From Amphiscolops sp. MND2022 (lineage: Eukaryota), in NCBI GenBank assembly GCA_964187785.1, contig OZ076416.1, positions 59,210,001-59,274,000 of the forward strand: a DNA stretch of 64,000 nucleotides, given 5' to 3'. A program made the position numbers and the translations under genes. This document shows, piece by piece, positions 50,441-64,000 of the stretch (positions are counted from its first letter, which is position 1; the number at the start of each line of letters is the position of its first letter). The notes beneath the pieces were generated by a model. That model searched no databases. It was not told the DNA's origin and worked only from the letters and a program-made list of their open reading frames with translations.

Positions 50441-51845
50441 CACTCTGTGGTCTCACTAAAAGTTCTCTCTCTCCTTCTTGACAGATGCGCTTAATATTCA
50501 TCTGTGAATTAGAGCCAAGGGAAAAATCTACGGAAAAAGTAGAGCGATATTGCAGAAAGTGATTGAAAATTAAAAAATTCATGGAACTGTGAAAACGAAT
50601 CTGGTTCTTGGTGAAATGGGTTATTGTACGCTACTGGTGACCGCTTGTTGGTTGCTTCGTTGACAAGTTCAAAAAAGGAAAAATAAAAACTCATTTCGCA
50701 CTGTTTTTTGTCTGATCAACACGAGTAAACAAATATGCGTCCATCTTAAAAATTGGTACTAGCTGTCATCAACCTTCGGTAACCGTACCAGTTTGAGCGA
50801 CAAGCACTAATTGGGCTCACAAGATAAAATTAGCTGTCAGTAATTTCAGAAACTCAAAATTGGCAGTGTTTGTGTTGAAATGTTTCAATTAATCTTAGAA
50901 CTTTTCCTTGAATATTATTTTTAACATATAGCTGGATGTGAAAAAAAAACTGAAAAAAAACTGTTGAATTGAATATTCAAGGAACAACGATTTCAATTAT
51001 CATACAGTGCCCAAAAATACCCAAAGCGGTGCATCTCAGGCTCGAAAACAGCTTTTTTGAGCTGGAAACATCAGAAAAGTCCAAATTTTTGGAAAATTTT
51101 CTTTTAAAAAACTTCAAAAAAGTCGCATAGTGCCAAAAAGAGACCCTTTGGGCTCGTTGAACACTTTTCCAAACTGAAAACTCGGAAAAATTCATAAAGT
51201 TTTATTTTATGAAATGAAGAAAATTCCAAAAAAGTTGCACTGCGCCGAAAAAATTTCTACCGGAGGGACACTTTGGTCTCATTTACTTTTGCGAAATTAA
51301 GTGAAAAAATGTGTACCCCGGGATTCGAACCCACGCGCCCTCGCTGTACAGCCGCGTGCTAATTCACTGCGCTAAAAAGTCATCCGGTGTCGTTAGGTGA
51401 AATTTATGATATTTATGAAAAATTACAGAAGTGAGAGATGTGCACGTTTTACCAAAAAGCGCTGACTTAAAGGGCATGAGTTATGGAAAAGCAAAAATAA
51501 ACGAAAAAAAATAATGGAATGGCTATATGATACATCCCGTATTCATCTCTGTTCATCTTTTTTGGCACTCAGTTTCTTTTGTTTTCGAAAATTTTTAATC
51601 TTTATCGAAGACTTCTCCATCTATTTTTAACCGAAACTTTTTGCGATTCTGGAAAGCCTATTTTGTCTTTCGGCACCTTGCATTTTTTTCTCGAGAGAAT
51701 TTTGTTTGTCGAAATTTTCCTGGCAATTTTTGGTGTTTGTTCTTTCAAATGAAAGAAGGAGCGTTTTTTGAGCCCTAACGATGACCTCTTCCGTCATTTA
51801 TCAGTGCTCTGAGGGTGATGGCAGTGTTCGCATTAATGTTTCTTG

Positions 51846-51983
51846 AGCCGACTTATTGTTTCAAATTGAACTGATATAAACCGAATTGATGACATTTTTT
51901 ATTATTTGTGGTAATTACCACAATTAATAAAAAATGTTATCAATTCGGTTTATATCAGTTCAATTTGAAACAGTAGGTCAGCT
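51846..51983. repeat. ~138-bp imperfect foldback palindrome
   Basis: Centre GTAA|TTAC at 51914/51915. The arms pair with only a few mismatches, several of them G-T-type. Confidence 0.85.
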
Positions 51984-52544
51984 TTTTATTTTAAAAATTT
52001 TTATCGGAAATTTTTATTTTTAAAAATTGTTACTTTGGACACCTACTGACGTGAATTTGTTTTCAGATCTAAAGAAGCGTTTTAAGTTCAGAGTCGTTCG
52101 CTCCTTTTGTGAACACTTGATCTTTGAAAGACGTCGGAATTTCAAAGAGAGTTTTGTAAGGTCACAAAACATCACATCATCACTGTGCTTCTTGTTTCAA
52201 ACCTTCAATAAGGGCAATCTTAGTAATACTAAAGGACAAATAAAAAAATATTGATCTAACGATCACGCGTGCACAGCAAAACACTTTCCAGTCTCAATGG
52301 ATTGTCAAAAAAGTGTTCCAAAATTGAAAAGTCTCTGAAAAACAAATAACATTTTTACATGTCTTCGCGTTCGCAAATGTCATTATAAATCGGCAACAAC
52401 GTTGAAAATACGAATATAGGGCATTTTTGTTGTTGTAACGCAACAGGGACTTCCAGGCTTGAATAAAGAAAACCAAAAAACTAATTGTAGAACCCTTAGT
52501 GAAATGGAAAGGAAAACTATTCAAATAAAGTCGCCCAATTTTGT

Positions 52545-53570
52545 GAATTCGCAGCCACAATAAACGACACGAAAGCACGGGACAAGTTCATCAAAGGACC
52601 ATTGAAGTTACAATTGGTATTGAAATAATCGAAATGGACAATTACAACCGTAAATACGGGGTTAAAAAATCCAAAGATAGAAAACAAAAAACACATTCTC
52701 AGGTAGTTCCTCAAACGGAGAACAGATTGCCTACAAACCAGTACGGAAGAAGAGACCGAATTATATGGACAAGAAGTAGCAAAACATTCGAAACTGCCAT
52801 TTTTGCGGGAAATCAAACTGGACACCGGAACATTCATGCCCGGCACAGGAAGCACAGTGTAATAATTGCAAGAGAATGGGACACTTTGCCAAAGTATGCC
52901 GATCAAAGACCGCGAACCGGATACAGGAAGAAACAGGTAGTAACACGGAGCCATAGCCAGAAATTGATCACATACAGTCGGCGAACAGCGTTAACCGGAT
53001 TGACTTCTACAAAGCACTCTTATTGGTCGAGGTACAGCCAATAGAATTCGTTATTGACACAGGCTCTCCAGTTACAATTATTCCGCCAAAAATTAACCCA
53101 AAAAATACATGAGACCACAAAATTTTTTGTGGATGTGAACAAGAACCTAATATAGTTCAAAGGCGATGCCATGGTAGAAGTCAAAACCCAAAAGTGTAAC
53201 TAAAAGCTGCCGATACTCATAACGGATAGTAAAGATACACAGCCATTATTGGGACTAAATTGGTCTGACAAACGGGAAAATGGTGTACAAGGAAACAAAA
53301 ACACCAACATTATCAGACATGTGAACAACGACGAAAGACGTGAAAAAAGTATTGAAGAATACAAAGATCTATTCAGAAACAACCACACGATAAAAGACTT
53401 GACTATAGACATCCATCTGAAAAATGATTCCAAACCAATACAACAAAAGGGAAGGCCCGTACCCATCCATTTCCAAAACACAAGAACTGGAGAAATTGAC
53501 CGAAAAGGGACACATAGAGAAAGTAGACAAGACGAACAAAAATTGCTTCGTATTCCCCGCTGTGATAACC
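52545..53570 (+). pseudogene. Ty3/Gypsy gag C-terminus, protease and start of RT (decayed)
   Basis: FAATINDTKARDKFIKGPL..., zinc knuckles CHFCGK...H..C and CNNCK, protease VIDTGSPVTII, and RT N-terminus PIQQKGRPVPIH...KGHIEKV. Confidence 0.85.
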
Positions 53571-55633
53571 GATTTAACCTCTTGCGAAGTGGAAAGTACT
53601 ACCCAGCTTCCAACCAGCATCTAGTAGCTGCTGGAAAATTGACAAAAAACTTCCTGGAATAAAATTAAGATTCTTCATTTCTTCAAAAAATGGTTTGCTT
53701 TGATGTTTTCACAAATAAAAATTGTTTGAATGTTCATGCTCCGGTTTTTCGTTCAATCGTTGTTACTGGTGACGTAGTCATACGTCTAGCATGACACCGA
53801 AGTACAGTACTGTGACTAAGAAATTATTCCCCCTATTCGCTGAGCGTCATTATCAACCAACTAGAATTGGTTATTTGCTCTCACTTTCAACTCTGATTGG
53901 CGCATCAAGTGAAATCTCAGGCGCAGAAAGAACACTCCTGCAATTTTCCCAAATTTGGGCAGCTTTTTCAAAAATTTATCTAAAAATTTCAGTTTCATAG
54001 GTTTTTTGTGCAGTTAGTCTAGAATCCAATGATGTATTTTTGTTTCAAAGACATTCTAAATGAAAAAATATTCGCAATTTTTTTACCACGAAAACTCAAT
54101 TCCCTATCTTGATACATATAAATCGACAAAAATTTGCCTTTCGAGCCGGATATTTCAAAAACAGTTGATATTTTTGAAATCAAGAAATATCCATAGATTC
54201 AGTATATTTGTGGGAGTTAATTGAGCATAAAACTTGAAAAGACGGAAAAAGGCCCAAATTTGCTCAAAATAAGCTTCTTGTAACTTTCTCAATTTTTGTC
54301 TCAGAAATTTCAAAAAAATACTTATGTAAAGTATATGAAATTCTAAGAAAATTTTGTTTCTTATGTTTTTCAAAATTCAGATTTCGAGAAAATCGAGCCT
54401 AAAACTACCCGGGATGTTTTCTTAATCACAGCACTGTACATGTACTCTATGTCTTGAAACTCTATGTCTTTTATTGCTTCATACCACACTTGGAAAAAAC
54501 GGAATATAGTTTTTGAAACCGAATTAATTTCGAGGTCCTGTGTATTTACCAACACCTGTATCGCATCAACAAGTAACAGAATGTATAACAATGTGAGACA
54601 GGTTTTGGTTGGAATATTGCACTTTGGGTGAGCTCTTCTTGAAAGTTTTTCTCGTCGAACGAATAATTTTTGTTATCACTGGATAATTTAAACATAATTT
54701 TACCAAAACATTTCAACCTTGTATATACTTTTTGTATTCATAGATATTCAGCTGACAGAAATTCCAGTATTCAGGTCATTCGTTGCAACTGTGAAAGTTA
54801 TCGCGAATATTTCTCTGTGTTTATTTTTGGTTGAAGTGGAAAAATGAAAAAATAATAAATCGGCAGCCATGATCAAAAGAAGGGAAATTTTTAACGACAC
54901 TGACAAGTTGAATTGAGAGCCGTTCCGACAATTGTCACTCTTGTCTCTGTTCTCACTTCCATCTAGGGTAACAGTATTCGATTGATCGATCCAGGCACTC
55001 AAGTTGAACAGAAACATGAGATCAAATAAAACGCGGTCAAATAAAACGGTTGTTTTAAACGGTTACAGGACATTTGCAACTAGGACATTTGCAACTAAGA
55101 TATTTGCTACTAGGGTCAATTTGCTACAAGGTGTAATTTGCTACTAATTCTAACTATGGAGGTCATCAGCTGTTAATTATGGGATTAATCGTCAGCTTTT
55201 CTGATTTTGAGTATGAAAAAATCCACCGTTGGATTCTTCTGTAGCATGTTCACGACTTAATCAACTGGTAGTTTTGACAAATATTCCAATTCCAACAAAC
55301 TTGATTATTTTCATAATTCACTTTCGCCACATTTAAAGGTACACAGAATTATTTTTTAAAATTTTCAAAAATTTTATGGCTATTTCTGCGATGTTATTTG
55401 CCATCAACAAAATATGGTGAAGTATATATCTTCATGTGGAGGTTTTTTAACCACATTTTTTGCAAAAATTTCAATGCATACCATTCAATCGAAGCTTCAT
55501 TTTAAATAGACTTTAAGCAAAGATTCGAAAGGATTACTTTTTTCTTCATTAACCTTGAGAATACGTTTGAAACATTTCTTTTTCGGAAGAAACTAGCCTA
55601 GAAAGCTATACTTTCCCGTATCAACTCAAACAC

Positions 55634-56091
55634 AAACAAGCCGAAAACGGCCAAAGTCGGCGCCGAATATCTAAGGCTCAAAATTGTAAAAGGGGACCAA
55701 AAATTTTTTTAATGTGATTTTTGAACAGTGTCACAGTGCCGAAAAATGAAAAAGGGGGGACCCTTTGAGGTTTTTTGACATCCATTGTGTTACAAAATAT
55801 CGAAACAAATGAAGGCGGGACCCTTTGGTGCAATCCAAAAAATTTCAAAAAAAGTCGCATAGTGCCGAAAAAAAGTGGGGCTAAGGGGGATCCTTAGTGT
55901 GTTTTCGAGGTTCTGGACGTGTTTTGTTTTTTCTTTTCGTTTTGGACGCGCTTCTGAGGTTCGAGTGGTTTGAACCTCCATAGTTCAAGTTGTTGAACAA
56001 ATGAGCAAAAAAGTGGACCTTACGCGAGTAAAAAAAACTACCCACTGTAAGAATCGAGCACATTTTCCACTAAAATGCGCCGACTAAAAAA
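55634..56091 (-). mobile_element. HINE copy
   Basis: Both termini are present; the hairpin variant is GCCG-TTTT-CGGC. Confidence 0.85.
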
Positions 56092-57446
56092 CATATGCCA
56101 ATTTCTCAAAACCCCAAAATAGACCCTTGCATAATATTCTTTGCTGTGCAAATATTTCTCCTCTATTTGTACATCGATTAAAAAGCGAAGATTGATTTCT
56201 TTTCCTTTCAGACGATGTGTCCCTTAATTTTAATAACTCGGACCACTGTTGAGTAATATCTTATCAAAATAATGCACGCGTTTAATTCCTTGGCGGTGTT
56301 TCGACAGTGGGGCGCTGGAAATGAAAGAAAAAATGCTTTCAAGTTGGCCTCTTTCATTTGATAAGAAATGTCAACGAAAACGGGGAATTTATGTTGGAAA
56401 ACAAACAACGCTGATAACACTAAATCCATTTGTGATTCCATCGGTTTTTGAGAACATTTGACAAATTTCCAAATAACAACATATAAATTATATTGTCAAT
56501 TCACACCAAGAGCTCTTTCATGTTTTAAAAAGACTTACTTTAATTGGTATTGCAAGCAAGTTAAGGGGAAATTAAATTTTAAAAATAGGGTATGTTTTTG
56601 ATGTCACTAAGTTATGAAAACAAAAGTTTGATCATAGTTTTTCCTGATACTAAACTAATTTGGAATTACTGGTTTTCAGAAACTTTAGGCGAATGAGTGT
56701 TACAATTTTTATCTATTTTTGGGAATAATTTTGCCTATTGAGATTGGATGGATTACTTGTAAGTGGTTACGAATGGTGTCTTGTTTCCCGGCATTCTGAT
56801 GAAACTCTGTTCATTTTCAAGTTTCCAAACAGTCACAAAATACTTTGTTAAAAATACCGTAATGAAAACGAAAGCAAAAAAATGAAAGCAATGAAAACGA
56901 AATCAGAAAACATTAAACTAAAAGCTTGTTCTACAGAAACTACAAAAAATTACAGAAACAAGGATTTTTTCTACTGATCAAAACCTCGAAAATGAAGAGG
57001 CACGAAATCCGAATATTTTTGGTTTTTTCTTCTTGATGCTCTTCCTTCAAAACATTTCAAAAGGAATCGCAACAGATTTTATGAAATGTACAAAATTGCT
57101 AAACTGGTTTTGTGGTAAACCTAAATTTGAACAAAATTCTTCGAGAAAATAGTTGAAAACACAAGTAGCCAACAGTGTAATTAGGAAGCTACAATTTTTT
57201 CCGCAAAATTGATGCTGTAGTTTCTATACAAAATTACTATGATGTTTACTACCGATTTCCTTACTTGATACTAAATGTTGTTTATTCCAATCAAATCAGA
57301 CAATACTAGGAAACATGATTTACTCTTACTTCCTAGTTCAGCAAATGCTAAGAATTTTTATGACAAGTTAGATTTCTATGGTTGTTTAGCCAAACCAAGC
57401 GAAGCGTGTTTGGCAATTTCAATTGTAACCGACATTCATCAGATAT

Positions 57447-58110
57447 TGTTGTAGACTCGATAAAAGGTAAAGACTCGATAAAATTGGAATACATTCCTGG
57501 TTGGTAGGAAGGTCTTTTTGAATAGTTTCAACAACTCTTGGAGACTAATATCTTTAAGTTCCTTTCCCCATTGACCTCTCATGATTTCGTGCTTTGCTTT
57601 TGGGCCCAGTGCCCATATAACATCACCTTTGATATGGTAAGTTGTATGAGGGTCCATAGAGTCCGTCCCTTGTTCCATCAACTCGTCCAGTTTCTTTTGG
57701 TATGTCAGATCTATGTATTCGGATATTTGTTTCCACCACATTTTGGGATTGGCTTTTGATAGGTCAGTTTCTCTATCCGATAAGATCGGGATCTTGTACT
57801 TGTTTCTTTCAGTCCTTTCGACTGTTGTTTGGTTGACCGCCGTTGGGTCGGTTTCGTTGTTGTTGCTCGTGTTTTCCATCGGTTTTCTTTTCTTGTTCGT
57901 ACTTCTATGACTGCGCCATGTTGTAGACTCGATAAAAGGTTTAAAGTAGGATGCTCAAGTTAAGAAAGTGTAAGTATTGTAACATACAAAGTGTAGCTGT
58001 ATTCAACATAAAGTTAGCATCAACTGAATATAGTCTAGAGAGCACTGTAAGTTCATTGGCAGGTACCTAATTACTGTTGTCTAGACTATTCTCTCTTCAG
58101 ATATTTTACA
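57447..58110 (-). mobile_element. Internally deleted LTR element (probably Ty3/Gypsy): 192-bp LTR, PBS, gag 5' part, 22 bp of a second LTR end
   Basis: LTR 58110-57919 reads TGTAAA...ACAACA, followed by PBS TGGCGCAGTC (tRNA-Ser-like) and ORF 57879-57439. TGTTGTAGACTCGATAAAAGGT is repeated at 57447. Confidence 0.75.
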
Positions 58111-58695
58111 GTCAAAGAAACCAACAACCAGTGACCAAAGATCGTCATAAGTTGGCACCCCGCTTAAAGTTCAAAAAGAGCAAAAGTACTATAAAGCGTC
58201 AAGGGATCTTTTTTGAGAAAATTCTTAAACTTATAGTTATAAAAACCTAAAGTGGTACGGGTCTCTAAAAAAACAAGAACAAAAAAGTCACACAGTTTCG
58301 AAAACAACACTCAAATTCCTTTTCAAATCAAAAAAGTCTGTCAACGTATGATAGTTAGACTTCTCCAATCAATTTCAAAATTTTAGAAAATTAAAATTTT
58401 AACAAGACGCACGCTAAGCACCGGGATATTTTCCGCTAAAATGTAACGCATCATCCCGGGTTCGAGCCCACGACCTCGTGTCTCCCTGGTGAAATATTTT
58501 ATTAAGTAACTAGAATAGTCAAGTAACTAGAATAGTCAAGTAACTAAGTGAGGTTAACTGGGAAGAGATTTGGCAGAATTTGCAAAAAAAATGTAACACA
58601 GATCATGATTTTCCTCCCCCATTTATGCTCATTATCCAAACAAAGATTTCGATCAAGACGGGAATGGCTCAAAAAGAGCAAAAAATTTCGAATAT

Positions 58696-58698
<3 letters not shown>

Positions 58699-58740
<42 letters not shown>
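58699..58740. repeat. (TA)n microsatellite
   Basis: About 21 units are visible. Confidence 0.98.
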
Positions 58741-58744
<4 letters not shown>

Positions 58745-60814
58745 TCAAATATATATATTTTCGAATAAAAAATTTCGGAAGAAAACGCGTATCATTTTCA
58801 CAGTGCCAAAATAAAACCCAACCGGCTCCCCTAAAACACGGATAATTCTTTTGCCTAATCGGAAACACTAAAAATCATACACTTGAGAAGATAATTTTGA
58901 CGAATTTTTTCGAAAACAAAAATCCAGGAAAAATTCGCAGTGCGACAAAAACCGGAAACAACATTTGATGTAGTTTAGCTTTGCAAACAAAAAACTATCT
59001 AGTCCTGAGCGAGATTCGAACCAACAGCCCTCACCTCTCGGACATCGAGCCTCCATCTGAGGAAGTTTAGCCCGAAATTCATAGAAACTTATAAAAAGTT
59101 GATTTCAAAGTGACAACTGGAAACACAAATTTTTGCACTTTTTCCAAATAGCGTCGATGAAAAATGGCTTGTGTCATCTTTGAGATACAAAGTTTGAAGA
59201 AAGTAACGAACCGTCAGAACACGCTGATTTTTGGCATTCTTCCTGGAATTAATTAGCCAAGTAAAATACATACCGAGATGCGCACTAAAAATGCAATGTT
59301 TATTTAGTCGGCGCTTCATGAAGTGAAACGCGACTAATATAGTGACTTTTTTTACTCTAATATAGTGACTCTTTTTTTAGAAATATATAGTTTCTAATAT
59401 AGTGACTCTTTTTTGACCCTATGCACCGGGACATTTTCAGTCTTCAATTGAAAGCGGAAATCAAAAAATTACACACTTTACTTCGGATATAACGTCAAAA
59501 TTCCGATATTGCGCAAATTTTTCGAACCTCCTCTTCCTTCGTAGAAAAACAATTAAATTCGATATTCTTCAAATTCAATTAACTTCAAAAGTTCGGATAT
59601 AGCTTGCTAAGACAAATGGGAACGCGCATTTTCGAACCCCTGCCTCCTCCTTAGTAAAACCCAACATTAAATTTAAAATTGAGCTAATAGTGGAGATTTG
59701 GCAGAATTTGGAAAAAAACGCAACACAAATTATAATTCCCTTCTCCTACACAACAAATATGTGAGCGTTTTCAAAAAAGCGTCGAAGACAAAAGTTAGAG
59801 AACAGAGTTAAAGGTAAATGTTTCTTTGTTGCTTGTGGTACAAAACTCACAAACATGTTAAGTGATAAACTTTGTAAGTTTTTTGGATTTCTAAAAAATC
59901 TGCCGTTGTGATTCTGATTGAAATTCGAATGATTTTCGCACCTGGCTTTTTGGTTTTTGATATTTAAAAAAATATTGCGAAGTGAAAAATTTTGTGAGCA
60001 ACTTGAAATTAACATCGTCTACCAAGTGTGACCTACACACTAACAGCAAACACCCCCACCACCAACAAGACTTGAAAGGTGTGTGGATGGCCTTTTCATA
60101 AGATTCAAAAATGTTTTAAAACATGGCAGCCCTCTGTATGAAAAAATATTTAGTTGTGATTCAAGTGACAATGCGAGGAGACATCGGCTGTGTAAGTCCT
60201 AACAGAGTAACATGAGTCTTTAAACGAGGTCCTGTTGGTTTGACAGAGTGACAGGTTGTGATGTATATCAGGATGACGTCACAAACAAGGTTGAAAAAAA
60301 TATATTTATATTTTAATATATTTATATTTTTATTATTTCTGCGATAGCGAGAATATCATTAAAATCTCAAGATGTCTCCTTTTTTTCTGTACAATTCTTC
60401 GCACGATACTGAATAATTCAAATATCTGTTCGGCAGTGACTATCAGCGTGAGAATTAAATTTCTCCGACACATTTCAATTTCTCCCAAGCTTCCGACTAC
60501 ATTTCAATTCTCGTGCGATGGAACGAGCGAGTGGTAATTATGCATTCGTACGCTGACGTCATTGAGATGAAGCGAATGAGTGTTAATTATTCGTTCTCGG
60601 AGAGCTTCGTCTGCATTCAAATGCGAATGCGAAACTTCGTCTACGCTCAGTAGTTATATTTCCTTTAGTCTGAGAAGAATTGAAGGCGGTGTAAACTTGT
60701 ACAGTGATTAATTGTGCGCTAAATAAGGATTAAACAGGAGTGTATTGGCATTCCAGATATGATTCTATTAATAATGAAAGATTAAAGCAGAAATTGTAAT
60801 GTGCCCCGGAGTTT

Positions 60815-60915
60815 TTCAACTCAAACAAATAAGATACATTGCTTTTAATGTTGAATAATTTTTTGATTATTCAACTCAAACAAATAAGATACATTGCTTT
60901 TAATGTTGAATAATT
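60815..60915. repeat. 46-bp direct duplication (period 55)
   Basis: TTCAACTCAAACAAATAAGATACATTGCTTTTAATGTTGAATAATT occurs twice. Confidence 0.9.
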
Positions 60916-62035
60916 CTTTAAATTTGCAATGAATTCATGGCACTTCCAATATTGTAGAGTGTCTCTTCAGTCGTGCAAAGCTGACACTTGACGATCAAAG
61001 AAAACGAGAGTTTCCAATGCATTTCAATTAACAAGTCTTCCTATTTACTAAGAAACGTTTATGGAACATTGAAAATGTTGATAACGTTGTTGCTAAAACT
61101 GGATAAATTTATTTTTTTTTCAATGAAAATACCTATTCTTGAAGGGAGTCATTTTCATGAAAGTATTTTTCTTCCAAAATATATTTAAATTCATTTTTCA
61201 CAACCCTGGTTTCAAGTGAATCGATGACTTGCCGTTCTGTTTGATGTGAGTCTGGTAGTCCAATCGTTCAAGGACTGGACCAAGTGTGACCAAAGATGCT
61301 GGAACTCTTTGAAGTCCACCGACTCTCACTTCAACCGAAAAGTCATCTAACCCTCTGGACTGTCGCCAAACATGTTCCAGTCCAAACACGACTACATTTT
61401 GTCCTTTTATCATCTGTCAGCGTCGGTGCTTTTTAGCGGAAAAAAAAACATTAGTAATATTCAGATTAGTAGTCGATAATGTCAAACAGTCGATAATATA
61501 CAGTCCAGTAGTGAGATAACGTTTAACGAAACCAATTTTTAATCCAAATTATCTTTTCCTACGTACAAGTGATTTATAATTTCAGAAGTTCAGGAAATGT
61601 GAACAAATGGTAATTCGAAACAAAAATTTGAAATTTGAAATTTTTCACACTCATTTTCTTCCAACTTACTTCTAAGATTCAAGCATTTTTTTTCCAAGTT
61701 ACTTCCAAGATCCAGACATTTCTTGCAAGATCAGACATTTTCTTCCAAGATCTTCCAAGATACTTGCAAGAATAAAGCATTGTCTTTCAAAATCTTATAA
61801 GACAGATCTGACAAATTCTTTCAGAAAGTGTATGGAAGTTCGACTAGGGTTTCTACGTCTCCGTGTTTAAGGGAGTAAATGGTAGGTAAGCTTTGAAAGG
61901 GTTAAATTTAAACGAATAGGGAAAATACAATTATAAAGAAAAGATAGATGTTTATAAAATATATGAAATTCATTTATCAAGAGATTGTTTTGTAGAAAGA
62001 TGTATATTGAGATGTACATGTATTAATGGGTTGCG

Positions 62036-63925
62036 TCACAAGAAATGTATGTGGGCAGATTTGCGTTGATGGAGGTTGGCGTTCATGGAATGTCTGTTGC
62101 GACTTCTCACTGAGTTGAAGAGGGAATTACAGCCGGGAATGAGACATTTGTGCATCTCCCGGATATGCACGTTTTTGAAATGCACTCTCATCGATGCAGG
62201 ACTGCTGAATATTTTGCCACATTTGGGGCATTTGCAAGACAACAGAGACCTCACAGAACTCATGTTAGCCCCCGCACCCCCTGCCGTTGATGAGTCATCG
62301 TTTTCGCCCCCCGACAATTTGTCGCCCGATTGTCCGCCACTTTTGGCGTTGACGATTAGCTGGTTTCGATTCTCAACCAACGCGTTCAACTTTTCACGCA
62401 CTGTGAGTGAACAGTTTTTCAGCTCTGACCAACTTAGATTCTCAGTTCGCGGTTTGTTCACACCTGCTAGAATCGTCAACTTGTTAACTGGTGTTTGTTT
62501 GTCCTTCTTGCCACCACTGCGTGAAATCATTTCATGCTGCGAGTCGGATTTGATTGTTGACATACGAGGACGGATTACTGATGTTTTTGCGCTAGTTGAA
62601 TGGTTGGACCGAGATGACACTGTTTTAGAAAGAGGAGAAATCTCTTTAGGTGGGGGGTTTTCGTTTCCCGAGACACACATATGACCTCGTTCCTTGTTCG
62701 GACTAGCTTGCGATTCGGACGGTTTGTGAAGAATGTTTGAAATTATGGAACCAGGACTGATTTCCGAAGACGAATCAACATCTGAACTGCTTTTCTCGTT
62801 TTTCAGATGCAAACTTTCGAATCTGCTTTCTTCTGAGGCGTTATTTGTGTCCATTTTTGATGATGACAGATCCAATGATGATTCTTTGGCGTTACCAGAA
62901 AGGTCATTGCTACTGTCGAATTTATCGAATTGCACAGAACTGACTAAAGCTTCCAGACTTCTGATTTCTTGAATGGCGTCCGTTCCCGCAATGAAGTTGC
63001 AATACTTAGCAGCTTTGGAGTCGAAGCTAACAGGAGATGTGAAACTAGAAGGAGGCGAGTTTTGATACGAGTTGCCGAGCGAAGCACCACACAAAATAGA
63101 GTTAGAAGAAGGAGAAGAAGATGTCTCTATAGTCTTGACTTCTTTCACAGGGTCCATTGTCGACGATGATGTTTTTGAATTAGAGAAAAGAAACTTGCAC
63201 TTTTTACACTTACAATCTTGCTCGTGGGGAGGCGGCGAAGTTTGGGATAAATCCGAAGGACTGCTGCTTGAATGTCGACCAGTTCCCAGGGTTTCGGGCT
63301 CTGTAGTGACGACCTTGTTGTTTTTGGACAATACCCCCCCGGCGGCATTCTTTTGCACCTTTTGGTCTCTTTTGGGCTGAGCAACACCTTTGTGCGAATG
63401 GGCGCTTCTCCGGTGCAGTTTGAGAACGTTTATTGAGTGGAATGTCTTCAAACATTGCAAACACTTGTATTTTCTGCTTCTAACCGGAGAGGCATCTTGT
63501 ATCACATTTTGAGTGTCAATTTCCATTTCCGGTCTTTGCTGCACCTGTTGATTGCGAAGGGTTGGGATATCTTGATGGGTGCCCCCCAAAACTTGTGAGT
63601 TTAGTGAGCCCAGAAAAGCAAACTTGTCAAACGCTCTTTCGTGCATGTTTGCCAACATGGGGTTGAAAGTGGGTGGTGGGGGGTAAGCGGGTGCTGGTTG
63701 CACCACAGGTGATGACAGGTAGTTGGCAGACTGACTGGTATTCAGATGATCAAGGATCTTGAGAGCGATGCTGTTGGTTTCGGCGAAGTTGATGAAAAGT
63801 TGAATGATTTCTATCTCCTCTTGCAACGTCACAGTTTTCCACGAATCCAGTTGGGAAAGACTCTGGTTGAAGAATTTGTAGCCCCTCACGTAGTCTTCGT
63901 ACAGCCAGCCCAGCGCGTAAATCAC
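62036..63925 (-). CDS. bnc: Terminal coding exon of a basonuclin/disconnected-family C2H2 zinc-finger transcription factor (5' exons lie beyond the window)
   Basis: A splice acceptor TTTTAG|GTG sits at 63926/63925. The N-terminal [14 protein letters not shown]...LDSW...[18 protein letters not shown] matches the conserved basonuclin domain. The C-terminal pair CPKCGKIF...[30 protein letters not shown] is the disco/basonuclin signature. The frame is uninterrupted for 629 codons. Confidence 0.92.
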   Translation of the reverse strand: MIYALGWLYEDYVRGYKFFNQSLSQLDSWKTVTLQEEIEIIQLFINFAETNSIALKILDHLNTSQSANYLSSPVVQPAPAYPPPPTFNPMLANMHERAFDKFAFLGSLNSQVLGGTHQDIPTLRNQQVQQRPEMEIDTQNVIQDASPVRSRKYKCLQCLKTFHSINVLKLHRRSAHSHKGVAQPKRDQKVQKNAAGGVLSKNNKVVTTEPETLGTGRHSSSSPSDLSQTSPPPHEQDCKCKKCKFLFSNSKTSSSTMDPVKEVKTIETSSSPSSNSILCGASLGNSYQNSPPSSFTSPVSFDSKAAKYCNFIAGTDAIQEIRSLEALVSSVQFDKFDSSNDLSGNAKESSLDLSSSKMDTNNASEESRFESLHLKNEKSSSDVDSSSEISPGSIISNILHKPSESQASPNKERGHMCVSGNENPPPKEISPLSKTVSSRSNHSTSAKTSVIRPRMSTIKSDSQHEMISRSGGKKDKQTPVNKLTILAGVNKPRTENLSWSELKNCSLTVREKLNALVENRNQLIVNAKSGGQSGDKLSGGENDDSSTAGGAGANMSSVRSLLSCKCPKCGKIFSSPASMRVHFKNVHIREMHKCLIPGCNSLFNSVRSRNRHSMNANLHQRKSAHIHFL

Positions 63926-64000
63926 CTAAAACAATCGAAAAAAAAACATGAAATAACCATAAATTAAGGAGTTCAAAACGGTACTTTTTTGGCTGTTTGT

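Overview
AT-rich, transposon-dense animal genomic DNA. The taxon cannot be read from the sequence; an acoel-like marine invertebrate is only a guess. There is one clear host gene, the large 3' coding exon of a basonuclin/disconnected C2H2 zinc-finger gene (63925-62036, minus strand). The rest is the gene's downstream desert. It holds two decayed Bel/Pao LTR retrotransposons of different families; one is complete, with ~411-bp LTRs, a GGCGC target-site duplication (TSD), a tRNA-Lys primer-binding site (PBS) and a polypurine tract (PPT). It also holds Ty3/Gypsy, LINE and Tc1 fragments, many Helentron/DINE-1-like non-autonomous elements (HINEs), CCC-terminal 2-bp-TSD elements, minisatellites and palindromes. 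The strongest novel candidate is a homologous ~200-aa accessory ORF with SGNH/GDSL-hydrolase-like motifs just upstream of gag in both Bel/Pao elements, inside the LTRs in the complete one. Also notable: a self-nested HINE stack, a 614-bp perfect spacerless palindrome, two diverged copies of an unidentified decayed gene, and TALE-motif-rich islands that may be enhancers. All alignments and counts were done by eye.
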